Below, one piece after another: positions 1-12,959 of a stretch of 64,000 nt of DNA. Position numbers and translations under genes: made by a program. This stretch comes from Gnetum montanum (Eukaryota > Plantae > Gnetophyta). Every line of letters begins with the position of its first letter. The first letter of the stretch is position 1. The notes under the pieces were generated by a model, which saw nothing but the letters and a program-made list of their open reading frames with translations, was not told where the DNA came from and ran no database searches. Location of the stretch: positions 6,917 through 70,916 of the forward strand of contig MNCI01001539.1 of assembly GCA_015680685.1 (NCBI GenBank). The letters are read 5' to 3'.

Positions 1-1941
1 CAACTATGAGAGTACCATAACAACAAGGCATATGATCACTTGGCGTTTTGTTCAAGGGAGGGGTGATTTTTGTTTTGTGGCACTTTTCTTTTCATTTTTT
101 TGAATACTGAATCTAGAGAAGCTGCCAACCTTCAGGCATGGGTGCATGTATTTCTAGTGGGACCCCCTAGAATAGCATTGGATTTTTTAGTACCCTTTTG
201 ATTACTCTTACTCCCATTTTTCGTTAGATCTACAAGGATCTTAGTACAACCACGTTGCATGACGACTCCTACAGACGTCACCAAAGAAAATCTGCAAGTC
301 CCCTTAATTTTACATCCTAATCATTCCCTCTTGGTCCATCCTTCTTCATTATGGGTACAATGAACACAAAATTAATTTTAAGTTTTAAGAATGTCAAGAA
401 TATCACTGTACCCTCGAATAGAACCTCTTAGTTGTAGAGTGGATGAGTGGGTGTAATGGGCTCATTGTTCCAAATAATTGATCGCTCGAGACTTAATAAC
501 ATAGAAAAAACCTCAACAAAACAAGCCACATGAGTGTTTTATTCATAGATGAGATTACTTATAAAAATGTAAAAAGACAAAAAGACAAAAAGATAAAACA
601 AGAAATTGAAAAATGAAAAACTGGAAAACAAAATGTTGTAAAATTNAGATTAATAAATACTTTTCATTTTCTTTAATTTTACAACATNCTCTATTAGAAT
701 GGGGGATATCCCTCATAGCTAAATGGTTGAGGATGGCAAGGATTAATAAATGATGATGGGGATCCTTGCATGTTGGAAATATTGGAACTTGGCCATACTT
801 ACCCCATTGGGGTTCACACACTTGATCATAGTAAGCATAGTGGGGCAATTTATACGATGTAGTTCCCGAATAATGAGTTGACCCACTATGATATTTGGGA
901 CTGTTAGATGGTATGCAAGGATCAATACATTGCCCTCCATTCATGTGTTCATTATGCTGTGTGGTTGTTTGAGTGTGAATTGGTGGCCCTGATGAAATTA
1001 CATGAGGCGTTAGGTTCGAAGATAAGGGTGCACCACAGGGTTGGACTTGTGTTGAGTTAGAGGATGCAGTGGCATTAGAATTATGTTGTCTCTTTTTAGG
1101 ATTAATTCTAAAGAAGGGACGCCTTCGATGTTGCTGAGGTCTCTCATTGCTGTTGGAAGTAGCAGGACAAGTAATGTTTGTGGGTTGTTGCTGTGGTGCA
1201 GACACCTTAGGAACAGTTGGTGGCGATATATTAGGAGGAAAGGATGAGAATGTTGAAAATTAGGAGGGGTATAAGGTGCACAAGGTGGTGGTTGTGTTGA
1301 AGATATGGGCTGATAGTATTGAGGAGAATGGTACTGTGGTGAGATAAAGTGCGTTGGCCCAGTTGGAGAAATAAGATGTTGAACAAGATAATCGTTTAGG
1401 TTCGGATGATGCAAAGGGTGTCTCCAGTTTAGTGGTGGTCTCCCCAATGACTAGGATTGTTGCGACTGTGATCAAACACAGTATATCTATACAAACTCTA
1501 GATGTAACATGTTTCCCCAATGTTCATATAAATATAACAAGATTGGGCATTGACCCTTGGGGTGATCGTACAGGAATATGTTGCATTCATACGTATGATT
1601 GGCAGTTGAGCTCTTATTTTCCTTATCCCCTCTTTCTAATTTTCTACTGATACTTTGTCCTGCTTCTTGGTTTGTTAAAACTCTATCTCCAATAATATCA
1701 ATAAATTCTCCACACTTTTGATACATCCATTTCAACATCTTATTAATATTTGCCTTGACTTCTTCTAATGTTTGTTGTACCGGCAAAGATGGTTCTTGCT
1801 TCTTGTGATAGGTTGATTTCTCCTTTTTATGATCATGGACCTTTGTTAAGTTGAGATTTTGGTCCTATCGATGTTTTTCAACACTCTCCCATCTAGCTAA
1901 TTCTCCTTCTTCTTTTGCTACCTACTTAATAAGCTCTTGGA

Positions 1942-2656
1942 NNNNNNNNNNNNNNNNNNNNNNNNNNNNNNNNNNNNNNNNNNNNNNNNNNNNNNNNNNN
2001 NNNNNNNNNNNNNNNNNNNNNNNNNNNNNNNNNNNNNNNNNNNNNNNNNNNNNNNNNNNNNNNNNNNNNNNNNNNNNNNNNNNNNNNNNNNNNNNNNNNN
2101 NNNNNNNNNNNNNNNNNNNNNNNNNNNNNNNNNNNNNNNNNNNNNNNNNNNNNNNNNNNNNNNNNNNNNNNNNNNNNNNNNNNNNNNNNNNNNNNNNNNN
2201 NNNNNNNNNNNNNNNNNNNNNNNNNNNNNNNNNNNNNNNNNNNNNNNNNNNNNNNNNNNNNNNNNNNNNNNNNNNNNNNNNNNNNNNNNNNNNNNNNNNN
2301 NNNNNNNNNNNNNNNNNNNNNNNNNNNNNNNNNNNNNNNNNNNNNNNNNNNNNNNNNNNNNNNNNNNNNNNNNNNNNNNNNNNNNNNNNNNNNNNNNNNN
2401 NNNNNNNNNNNNNNNNNNNNNNNNNNNNNNNNNNNNNNNNNNNNNNNNNNNNNNNNNNNNNNNNNNNNNNNNNNNNNNNNNNNNNNNNNNNNNNNNNNNN
2501 NNNNNNNNNNNNNNNNNNNNNNNNNNNNNNNNNNNNNNNNNNNNNNNNNNNNNNNNNNNNNNNNNNNNNNNNNNNNNNNNNNNNNNNNNNNNNNNNNNNN
2601 NNNNNNNNNNNNNNNNNNNNNNNNNNNNNNNNNNNNNNNNNNNNNNNNNNNNNNNN
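1942..2656. other. Assembly gap (N run)
   Basis: 715 N; by homology to 17830-18910 it should contain most of gag. Confidence 1.
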
Positions 2657-2730
2657 TTTTTTCTAAAAGATATATAGTTAAGTCCTGTACAACAACCTTG
2701 TATAATATAAATAATCTAGATAACTAGCAT

Positions 2731-2750
2731 CGTCCTCGGCAACGGTGCCA
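2731..2750 (-). promoter_or_regulatory. Primer-binding site, tRNA-Asp type (Athila)
   Basis: Minus strand TGGCACCGTTGCCGAGGACG, 1 nt from the LTR end; close to the canonical Athila PBS TGGCGCCGTTGCCGGGGA. Confidence 0.9.
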
Positions 2751-2751
2751 A

Positions 2752-3660
2752 TGATGAGTGGTGAGATACCCCTACACTCAACCATACGAATACAAGCATT
2801 ACACATGCAATCCGGTCAAACTCTGCAGATGGACTAGTTGTGGCATCTAGAAAGTTAGCCTTAGGTTGCAGTTTGCTGTCTTCCCACTTGGACTAGTATT
2901 AGCTTTGTCATGTATGGTTTAGTCTAGAGTGAGGTGTATGATGTGTTTCTAATCTAATGCTACTCCTAAAGGTGATGGAAAGTAATATTAACTAAGCCAG
3001 GAGAGAAGGGTGAGAGAGAATCTAATCTAGCCTAAGTGCGATGAGCATATGTTCCTTGATTATCTGTACACATCTTGGACTTCGTGCATGACTAAAACTG
3101 GGATTACCAAGTGCAGATCCTAGGTATGCTACTAGGTTACCATGTAATCACACTTAAATTCTCATAATCAAGTCATAATCATTCTGCGTTTTAACATGAG
3201 ATAAGGGTGAGAGAGATTAACTAGGAAAGCAGTAAATAACAATTAATTAAATGATTAATCTAAGTGAATGCTACAATGATGAAGTAATCTCAATATTTAT
3301 TGCTGGTCATGTGTGTGTCCAAGTACGTCACACTCGAATAAAGGATGCCATACAATTACATTCACCACACTACGGGCATACACAGAGAGGAAAAAGGGTT
3401 GAGAGAGAGAAAATGAAAACTAAAATTAAAACTAACTCTAAAACTAATGATCTATGATGATCTCTAACTCATCTGTCTACCTCTTATTTATAGATGAGAA
3501 GACATGCCTGTGTTTTTACGTGAGAACCACAACATGTGTGAGGAGACAGGCCGCGATATCGTGAGACAGGCCGCGATATCGTGAGACAGGCCGCGATATT
3601 TATAGATGGGCTAGAATATCACGTACGTGATATTGCGGTCACCCAAAACAAAACTCATCA
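2752..3660 (-). repeat. 5' LTR of element A
   Basis: Inverted termini tgatgag/ctcatca, minus-strand TATAAATAAGAGG near 3480-3492, adjacent PBS, similarity to LTRs at 4988-5788, 13431-14290 and 19006-19881. Confidence 0.9.
3543..3600. repeat. 20-bp tandem repeat x3 (GAGACAGGCCGCGATATCGT) in LTR U3
   Basis: Three near-perfect copies directly visible. Confidence 0.95.
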
Positions 3661-5788
3661 CATGTTGTGGTTCTCATGTAAAAAAAGAAAAAGTAAAAAA
3701 AAAGTGAGAATTCAAAGCACACACTTGAGACAAAATAATCATCTAGGCTATAAGCATTGGTTATGGAACCAAACAAACATGTTCCCTCTAACTAAGGCCA
3801 TTTATCACTTCCTACTTTTTCCTTTCTCATTTCCTCAGAATGGTGGTGACTCTTTGATGGAAGAATTCTTGTTACTTCAAGTGGATGGATTGGCCAAGTG
3901 TATTAATGCGAAGTCACTAGATGTGGAATGTTTGAGGCTGGATTTGGAATGAGATCTACTCAGTTACATTAACCATAAATACACACAGGGTTGTACACCA
4001 CCTTGTTCTTGGGACTCCATTTCATTATCTTCTCCCCATCATTCTTTCTTCATTTTTCACCTCATTGCTGGTTGTATCAGTAGTCTCTATCTTGGTTGAT
4101 GCATTGTTTTCTCTTTGGTGGATTCCTGTGGTTAAGTCTTTAACTCTTGCTTCCAAACGACATTTCTAGAGCCTACGAAATCTTTGAATGTGGGTTTGTC
4201 AAGGCATAAAGGGCATGAGCCTACTTTGGAGAGGACCCAATGGCATTCCTATTTGGTGCATCAGTTAACTTCTTTTCCTTAAACATTTCTGTAATCAACA
4301 TGTGTTTTGTTCATTCCCATCTATGACATCCATTTTATCAACATTGTTGTTTCTTTTTCTCCATCTTTCTTATTCCTTATCTTTTTCCATTCTATCGCTA
4401 TTAGAGGATCGCTCTTAGTCATGGGGGCCCTAGCCCAATTTTTTCAATTTTTCCTAACCCCTACACCTTGGTAGTCACTAGTGTTATATCTCTAGAATCT
4501 ATATTGGCCATATCACAACTCAGCCGATGAACCTTACACCGAGACAAAGTATCAACTGTATTGTGATTTACTTATCCTTACTCATGTGTAACTATGTTGT
4601 GTGTGCAGATGGCAATCATATAGTAATGGACTAGACTTGGAGGAAACACTTAGGATGGACTAGTGTTGGAATAGTTGTGTAAGGAATAAGATTCATGGTT
4701 TGGTCATGGATGGACAACGGAAGGTGCAATCTTGGCATGGACAACAACATTTCTTCTCATTCTCTCTCTCTCTCTCTTCTCTCTCAGCTGCCAAATAAGG
4801 TTGGATGTCAATTGTGTATAGTGTTCACTCTTGTGGTCATGAACACTCATGCTGCCATGTATTGTAATGTTAATCCGTTCACATGTCATCCCATTCATCA
4901 TTAGTTGTCATTCAAGTCAATAATTCCATACCTTCCCAATATTTTGTAAGGAACTTGAGGACGAGTTTTTATTCAGTGATGGGGGTATGATGAGCCACAA
5001 TATTGTGTACACGATATCGCATTCACCACGCGATATCATGTTCTGCCTCATCTTCTATAAATAAGAGGCGGCACCCTTTGTTCCAAGGTAGTTAGACTTA
5101 GACCCTTAGCTAGATTCTTGCAGTTTAGTCATTCCAGAGTTAGAAGTATTTCTGTGTGTTCATAGTAGGAGTCATAGAGTGAATGGATCTTTATTCGAGC
5201 AATTTCTACCTGAGCACACATTTGTGTACAGAAATAAAGATGAACTTTATGATAAACCTTGTAGCATATAGATTAATCTAATTAGTAATTAATTATTGTT
5301 GAATGTTTAATGATTTCCTAGTTAATTAATATCTCTTTCAACCTTAGACCCTCTTAGTTAAGTACACTTAGTATGACTGCTTCGAGAATGCGTGTAGCGC
5401 TTAGTAACCCAGTAACGATTAGCGTTTGGTAATCCCAGTAGTGTTGCACTAGTTCAAGATGTGTATGGCAAGTGCGAATGGACACTGGTGTGAGGAACAT
5501 TTAGAAATGAGTTAATGAATAGTTAAGATAAATTAGACACATAGTTCTCTCTCCCTCTCCTTTATTAGCAAAAGACATAAAAAAGGTAAAAGCTATAAAA
5601 ATCATATACCTCAAGCTTACTTAACCATACAACTGTGACAATACAAGTAAGTTTGGGAAGAAAATGATTGATTAACCCTGAGTGTTCCATTAAGGCGTGT
5701 AAGCACTTAGTCCTTGGAGTTCAACTGGATTGTGTGTGAAACGCTTGTATTCGTATGGTTGAGTGTAGGGGTACTTCGCCACTCATCA
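3661..5788 (+). mobile_element. 3' part of Athila-like element B (3' region, PPT, 3' LTR 4988-5788), interrupted by element A
   Basis: CTTGAGGACGAG...TTCAGTGATGGGGGTA PPT directly before TGATGAGCC (4988); LTR ends CCACTCATCA (5788). 3661-4987 is homologous to the reverse complement of about 41305-42700. Confidence 0.85.
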
Positions 5789-8036
5789 CTTACTCTTAGA
5801 GGCATTATATTTTGTGTTAGCGCAATTCCATTATCTATGACCTTAATTACCATAATTATAATAGATATCTTTTCCTTTTGGGGATATTTCCTTTCTTCTT
5901 CCTCTCAGAGAAGTAGATTCCCTTTGTCTCCTTTTTTCTCATCTTCACCATCCTCATTATATGCTTTTCTTGATTTTTGAGTTGTGTCTTTCTTGTTTCT
6001 TTACTTTTGAACCTTGTTCTTGTTTAAGTCAAACTTAAAAATTTTCATTTTAACCTTAAGATTAAGATCATAGGCTTCATAAAGAGTATTAAGCTCATAG
6101 AATGTTACTTCTTGCTAGTATTGCATCCTTAAGCTACTAATGTAGTAAGAGGCTTACTCATAATTAGTCCAATAAGCATAAATGTTTTGCAGAGATGTAG
6201 AAAATTAAATATAATAATCTTTTACCTCTTCATCTCCTTATCTAAGAAGTTTTAGCTTCTTTATATCTTTATGATAGAAGGATATTTTTCCAAAATTTTT
6301 CTTTAGTATGAATTCCAGAAGTTGTCAACTTTTAATAGGTCTTCCATGTTCTTAACAGTACTTGAGACATTCCTTGTCCCACCATTTTTTATCAATCCTT
6401 CAAGTTTACTCTCAACAACATGAATCATTAACTCATTAGAAAGTTTCTTAACAAGAAAATGCTTATTCACAACTCTAAGCGAAGAAAGTAAAAAATCTAT
6501 ACCCTTAATAGCTTTGAATATAGACATATACACATGAGGAATTATCGAAGCTTTTGTTAATATTTTTATAAATTTTTCATCATAATTTTTTTATTATTAT
6601 TAGGAAAATAAAAACTTTGCTCATACCTTTAAGTTCTAATGTCTTCTCTCCTTAGAGTCCTTTGATCATTTCTTCCTATTGAACTTTGCATAGATGAAAA
6701 AAGATTCTCTTCTTCAATCTCCTCTTTACTTCTTCTTGAAGCTTCTTCAAATATTGGCTTTTTTGGTCATTACTTTAGGAAGGACTTATTTAATTTTAAC
6801 CATAAAAGCCTTAAATGGGTCTTTAAGCACTTGAAGCTCTTTTTCAAGCTCTTGATTTATCTTCTTCTTAGAAGCCATGTCTCTCATAAAGCTATAGGTA
6901 GAATTTTAAAGTAACAAAATAAGATCTTCAAGTAATTACTTTTAATTCAAGATAATAAGGTACTAAATCCGAACATAAAGTGTAATGAATATGTAATTAA
7001 CTTCAAACTCTTTCCTTTTTAGCAAATGGATGCTTAAAAATCATAAAAGAAACTTAATCTTACAAGATCAGAGTAATTGTTACCATTCCTAGGTCATTTA
7101 AATTCTAAGTAGGCATAAATCTTTACATTATTTAAAAATTCTTCAAAAGCTTGATGAAGATCAATAATTCAAGTGTGGAAATCTCCAAACTAAGCCCTCT
7201 AATATTAACATGATGTGAATTCTATCTCAATAGATCCTAAGAGGATCCATTCCACAAGCTTTTCAAGTAAATTAAGCTTAGAAGAAAAGAATACAAGAAA
7301 ATGAAGTGAATTATCCCTTTTATTAAAAGAACTCTTAAAATATAGAGAAATGCATTAAAGATGAGAAGCCAAGCTTAACTCACACCTCTTCCAAGAATCT
7401 TAGAGTTCATGTATGTACCCTTTCAATCCTCAATCACTCACAATGGTGTCAAAGTCAAGATAAGATGCTTGTAAGAAATTATTTTAACCTCTCTTAAGTG
7501 CTCACCATTGTGACTTATTCAAATGAACATAATATCTTAGTACAAGCCCTTCCTTACACTCAAACTCTCTTACCCAAACTCAATCCTTGGACACGTACTT
7601 ATAACTTCTCATGTTACCTTTTGTCTCCCTTAACATCCAAAATTGAAATTTATATCCATTGAAATCTACACAAGAAGATGTCTTTCTTGAGAATGGGATC
7701 ATGCATAAGAAGACATCTTTGACTTAGGAAAGATGTCTTTCCCAAGATAAAAGCATACTTAGAATACATCTTTGGACTAGTGGAACATGTTTTTTACTCT
7801 AGACATCTTTCATGCTAGGACTAAAAATGAAGATGCTTATTTTAAGGGTTGGAAGCCATAAAAAAGTTTTAAAAAGTTTCCATTAACATTGAAACCTCCT
7901 AAACTCATCAAAATAAACTCCAAACACACCCAAACATGCTAAAACATCATAGAATCATCACCAACAAGGCCAACACAAGAAAACATAGACAATAATACAT
8001 TGAGAATTACACAAAGACATGGTAATATCCTCATCA
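5789..8036 (-). mobile_element. Old LTR element C: 5' LTR 7211-8036, decayed iMet PBS, gag-like remnant with CCHC knuckle
   Basis: Minus strand TGATGAG...CACATCA, then TAATATTAGAG (TGGTATCAGAG after G>A/C>T changes). ORF remnant starts MASKKKINQELEK near 6878. YYNYGN*GHR*WNC at about 5820-5865 is a decayed CX2CX4HX4C. Confidence 0.55.
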
Positions 8037-8289
8037 CTAGGTTAAAGTGATTAGCATACTTATATTCATAAAGATAAGCCAAGCTAAGTTCATAATAAAT
8101 TATCAGAGTACAAAGTAAGATTATAAGTAACTATGAGGTATGAAGTAATGTGATTAAGAAGAACGATGTGTGTGTACATTCAAGAGTTAGATATATGTTA
8201 AAATGATAAGTTACATATTAAATTTTTTGATAGACTAAGATCCTTGGATAATTACAGTTATCCAATAGAAATAAAATAAACTCTAACAA

Positions 8290-9050
8290 TCTATGACATC
8301 CATTTTAGCCATACAATATATGTAGGATTTAGCTATGTTCCACTTCTATGGCATATTACCATCTTTACGATAAGTATATGGGTGATATCCTATTTTGTAT
8401 TCTTATTACTTTATTACATCATGCTTTAATTAACTATGCATTCTAGTATTTCTCATAATACTATCTCATTTCTTCCTTTCATTCCCTCTCATTTGTTTCA
8501 ATTCCTCTTTATATTTAACACATTGATGAGGTCAAACAAGTATCATTACTCTACTTAATGAGGGTTTATTACTTCTAAGAATTTACTCATGTTCCACTTC
8601 TATAAACATGCCACCGTTAGTATACTAGATATGTCCTTCACATGCTTTTCTCCTACTTTATTACTCTCTATTTTTAATTCTATTTATTTTCCAATCTTTT
8701 TCTGTTCCTTTCTTCTCTCATGCTATACATTGGTAACGTCAAACAAGTGTCATTACTTTATTTTAGTAAGCGTATTATTAAGAGATTTAAGTGAGTTAGA
8801 AATTTTTTTGTTTGTATTTTTGGATGTGTCCTACAATCTAATGATACCCTACTTCTATGTCATAGCATTTCACTATAGGTGTATTGATGATATTTAGGAC
8901 TTTCTCCTATCATCATGCTTCATTTTAATCTTCTTATAGGTATCTATCTCATGATATCTATAGTATGTTAGAATTAATAACAACCATTTTCTCTTCTTAA
9001 TAGATTCTCTTTTATCCTCCTAGTAGTATCCATTACGCAAGACAAATGTG
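8290..9050. repeat. Degenerate tandem repeat, about 254-bp period, about 3 copies
   Basis: ATGTTCCACTTCTAT near 8335 and 8589, and related CCCTACTTCTATG near 8847. Confidence 0.5.
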
Positions 9051-9059
9051 TTATTCATA

Positions 9060-12000
9060 CTCATCTTCCTTTCAATCATTTGGAAGCCTAGGTACATCAT
9101 ACATCTTCTTAGAAATTTTCTACTAGCTAGAAAACATCATTCAACCTTTCTATAACATTTAGTATTTCTTTAGACATCATGCATCATTTGAAGAATCAGT
9201 TTTAACTTGATTTTGTAACATCACCAAGTTTTTACCTTAGTGTTGATGCTTTGTGTCGATGTTGGCTACATGATAACTTCTCTAGTAATCAATTTCACTC
9301 TGAAGCATTGCATCATTTTTGACATTATTTTCATGTCAATTTTCTTTTAATCTTACTTTCAATGTTTGGCATTATTATTGATGTCAAATTAATAGCTTAT
9401 TATCTATAAGCTTCCAAAGTATTTTCCATGAGTCCTAATACATCATTTATTAATGGTTTATGATATATTTTTTCTATAAATAGAAGATCCTAAACATCAT
9501 TCCAAGGATCTTTTTTTAAAGACCTAAAGCACATTAAGATCTTTAGAACTTCCAACTACCTTTAACATCATATCAAACTTCAACATCTATGAGCTCTTCT
9601 ATTTTCTTAAAACTCTAATCCTAGTTTGATGTAATTATATCTCCTTCATTATATACCTACTTGACATAAAAAATAACCTTGTATCAAAATCAAATAGTCT
9701 AGGTCAATTCAAATTCCTATTACATTATGACTACACAGATATCAACATTTATCCTAGAAGAAACCTTAATAAGGCATACATATTAAAGAACTAGTAATGT
9801 AGCTCCTCATGAGTAACATTTGAGTCACCTAGTCCTTCTTAAAATATATTACTAATTTGTAGGTTCCTATCATTTTTCAATTTTATTTTATTATATTCTT
9901 CAAGAATTCCATCTATCCTAGACTGCAAAGAAGGATTTTTTTTATCTAGTGTAGATATAGAAAATTTCCTATAAATTTAATTGATAGTATTACATTTTCT
10001 ACCATTTTCGTATCATTCTATTTATAAAACCTTGTTTAGTTCTCTATTTTTGCATTATATTTGATTTATTTTGTTTGCATGTGTGAAACCCTAAGTTATA
10101 ATTAACATCACATCATTTTCAAATTTGTATTTGAGATCAATGTTAAACCCCCATACTTTCGATGGCACATATTAAAAGTTAGTTTACAAACTTTTTTCTT
10201 TTGACTTCAGCATTACTTTTGCTACTAGGTCATTATGTTAACATAACTAAAAAGTTTTGATTTGAAGGTACATATTTAGATCATTGATGACTACAAACAA
10301 TGTTTCACTATCTTCTCTTCCATTAGTAATATTAGAAAAGAAAACATTACATTCAATGCAAAATGTTATAAGTTGACCACATCAATTCTCACTATAACAT
10401 CTTTACAATTGTTCTAAAACTTATCTTCATTTCAATCATTTAGAAGCTTGGATGCAGCATACATCTTCTTAGTAACTGCCTATCATCTAGACAACATCAT
10501 TAAATCTTTCTACAATAATGCACATTCCTATTGAAGTCTACATCATTTGTAACATCAATTCTAACTTCGTTTTGTAACATCACTAAGTTTTGATGCTATT
10601 TTTTAATGTCCTATGTCTTTTCTAACTACATGAGAACTTTCTTCAACAATTGATGTAACTTTGACATCTTGTGTTATTTTTTATGTCATTTTTACATCAT
10701 TTTCTTTTGATATCATATTTGAAATTTACCATTATTTTTGATGTCAAACTTGTTAACTCTTTTGGTGTGTCAAAACCTTTAAAATAGGAAACTTGTCAAT
10801 GTTTTCTATGATACTCATACAAGGCTAAGGAAGATGTTTTCGATACATCAAGGAGACCAAGAAGAAAGAAAGAATTGACAAATTGGAATGCTAGAATTTG
10901 GGAGAAGATGCAATAGATGGATAAGATCGTAAGGATAGGAGACATTCCAACTTCTAGAGAAAACATATTGTAGATTAACAAGCTATCTCAAACTAATAGT
11001 AGATGTCTCTACTGAGATCCCTAGTCTTAGGCAAGATATCTTCTAAAAATAAGAGATGTCCCAGGTTAAGACAAGATATCTCCTACTATATGTCATGCCT
11101 TCGAAGAAGGTGTCTCAACCCTATTTAATACATCTTGGGCCTAGATAAGACGTCTCACCTACTAGTTGATAAAATTAGTAACACATCTCTAGCCATGAGC
11201 ATACAAGAATTCCAATGGGCAAATGAAGGAAAATAAAACTATAAAGAGAGAACATACTTAAGAGACAAATGCAAGTATTAGGCAAGCTTTAGATAAGCAA
11301 TTGAGCAAGCATTGTACATACTCTATTATATTCATGATCATAAATTTCTCTATCTTTTGTATTATTTTGTATTGAGCCTCAAAGTAAGGAATATGAACTA
11401 TTAGTTCATTTCTTCCTTAATTATCATCTTTTATAAGCCTTAAGGGGTTGGATATGCTTCTTTATGGAAGGCATCCTTTGAAAGGCTTTAAAGCTTATTA
11501 GGACTATGGACGGTTGGATGTGTTTCTCAAGAGAAAACATCCCTTTTAGATCCTGAAAGCTAGTGGAGACTTAAGGTTTTGATCTCCTTGAGGGCTAGGG
11601 TATGTTTCTTGAGTGAAAACACTCATTATAAACCAAAAGTGCTTCTAATGACCAAAGGATCTGTTGTAATGGAAGCCATGTAAAGGTTTTGGTATCCTTG
11701 AAACCACATTTTAAGGAACAAAGTCTAGAGGTATGTAAGGATTCTACCCTCCAAATATGAAAGTATCCAAGTTGGGGAACCTTGTAAAATTTTCTATGAA
11801 AAATTTGGACATTGTGTGGACTAAACTTATCATCCCTCTCTAAGTTCTTAATCTTCAAAACTAATAACTTGGTAGCCAAAAGCTTATAGTTTTTTCTCTA
11901 TGAGCTCCAATGCCTCATTTATACATAATCTAGTAGGTATCCTTTTAGCTTATAAATAGAAAACTTCAGATATCATTTTGGGGATTCTTTTCTTTTTAAT

Positions 12001-12955
12001 CCTTGGGCATATTTAGATCTTTAGAACTTCAAGCAACCTTTGATATCACATCACTCTTCAACATCCTAAAGCTCTTATATCCCTTTACAAATGCTAACCT
12101 CCACTTGACATAATTAAATCCTCTTTGTTGTGTACCTAAACAAAAAAAGCAATTCTCAAATTAAACCCAAATAGTTTGGTTTATTCCAAATCCTTGTTAT
12201 GTTAGGACCATCATTTATCCTAAAAAAAACTTTAATCAAGCCTATACATTAGAGACCAAGATACAATAGCTTCTCATCAACAATCTCTAAATCACTTGGT
12301 CCTTCTTTGAACATATTACTAAACTATAGATTTCTATAATTTTTTAGTTTTATATTATTTTATTATCCTATTTTTAAACTCCATTTACCATGGATTATAA
12401 AGAAGGATTTTATTTATCATTTGTTGAAAACATTTCTGTCAAAATAAATGGTATGTTTTTCCATTTTTTTTGATCATTCTCTTTAGTTTAATGTATATCT
12501 TATATTTTTTATTATAAATTTAATCAATAGAATTACATTTCTACTATTTTTCTATATTTTTATTAATAAAATTACATTTTTCTTCATTATTTTATTGTTT
12601 CTAATTTATTTATTTTCTTTTCTCATGAAATCATAAGTCAAAATTGTATCCTTGTATTTCAACTCTACTTTTGAAGTTAATGTTGAATCCACATTCTTTT
12701 GATGTTACATGTTAAAACTAAATTTATGAACTACTTTCTTTTGACTTTTGTCATTACTTTTGTAGTGAGGTTGTTACTTTGATATAACCAGAAAGTCCTC
12801 ATTCAATTTGAAGATATATCTTTAAACCATTTGTGGTTGTGGACAATGTTACATTACCTTTTATTATTTTAGTGACATTAGAAAATGAAACACAACATTT
12901 TGTGTGAGTTATTCTGAGTTGGTCATATCAATTCACACTACAAAACCTCCATAAT
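9060..12955. repeat. About 1.36-kb tandem duplication; second copy split by a solo LTR
   Basis: 9061-9390 matches 10421-10750 (TCTTCxTTTCAATCATTTxGAAGC...), and about 9400-10410 matches about 11870-12955. Confidence 0.8.
10751..11866 (+). mobile_element. Solo LTR, about 1.1 kb
   Basis: Absent from the first copy of the duplication. Starts TGTTAAC and ends CTAATA (decayed CA), with AACT(T) at both junctions. Internal AGATGTCT/AGACATCT repeat array and TATA-like motif. Confidence 0.65.
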
Positions 12956-12959
12956 TTAA

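Larger units (their letters stand above)
1..3660 (-). mobile_element. Athila-like Ty3/gypsy element A (5' LTR, PBS, decayed gag, apparently no pol); continues off the left edge
   Basis: LTR 2752-3660 with TGATGAG...CTCATCA termini. PBS at 2731-2750. Minus-strand gag remnants include a degenerate CX2CX3HX4C-like motif (ECNIFLYDHPKGQC) and a Pro/His-rich tail. Colinear with 15700-19881. N gap at 1942-2656. Confidence 0.85.

Noticed and set aside
555-1786. Overlapping Pro/His-rich ORFs as host genes
   Set aside because: They are frameshifted pieces of the gag C-terminal region of element A.
1851-2677. Long ORFs of 271 and 246 aa
   Set aside because: They are translations of the N gap.
2731-2750. 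tRNA-like sequence (also 30244-30260)
   Set aside because: Only the 3' 17-18 nt next to an LTR, with no cloverleaf. These are primer-binding sites, not tRNA genes.
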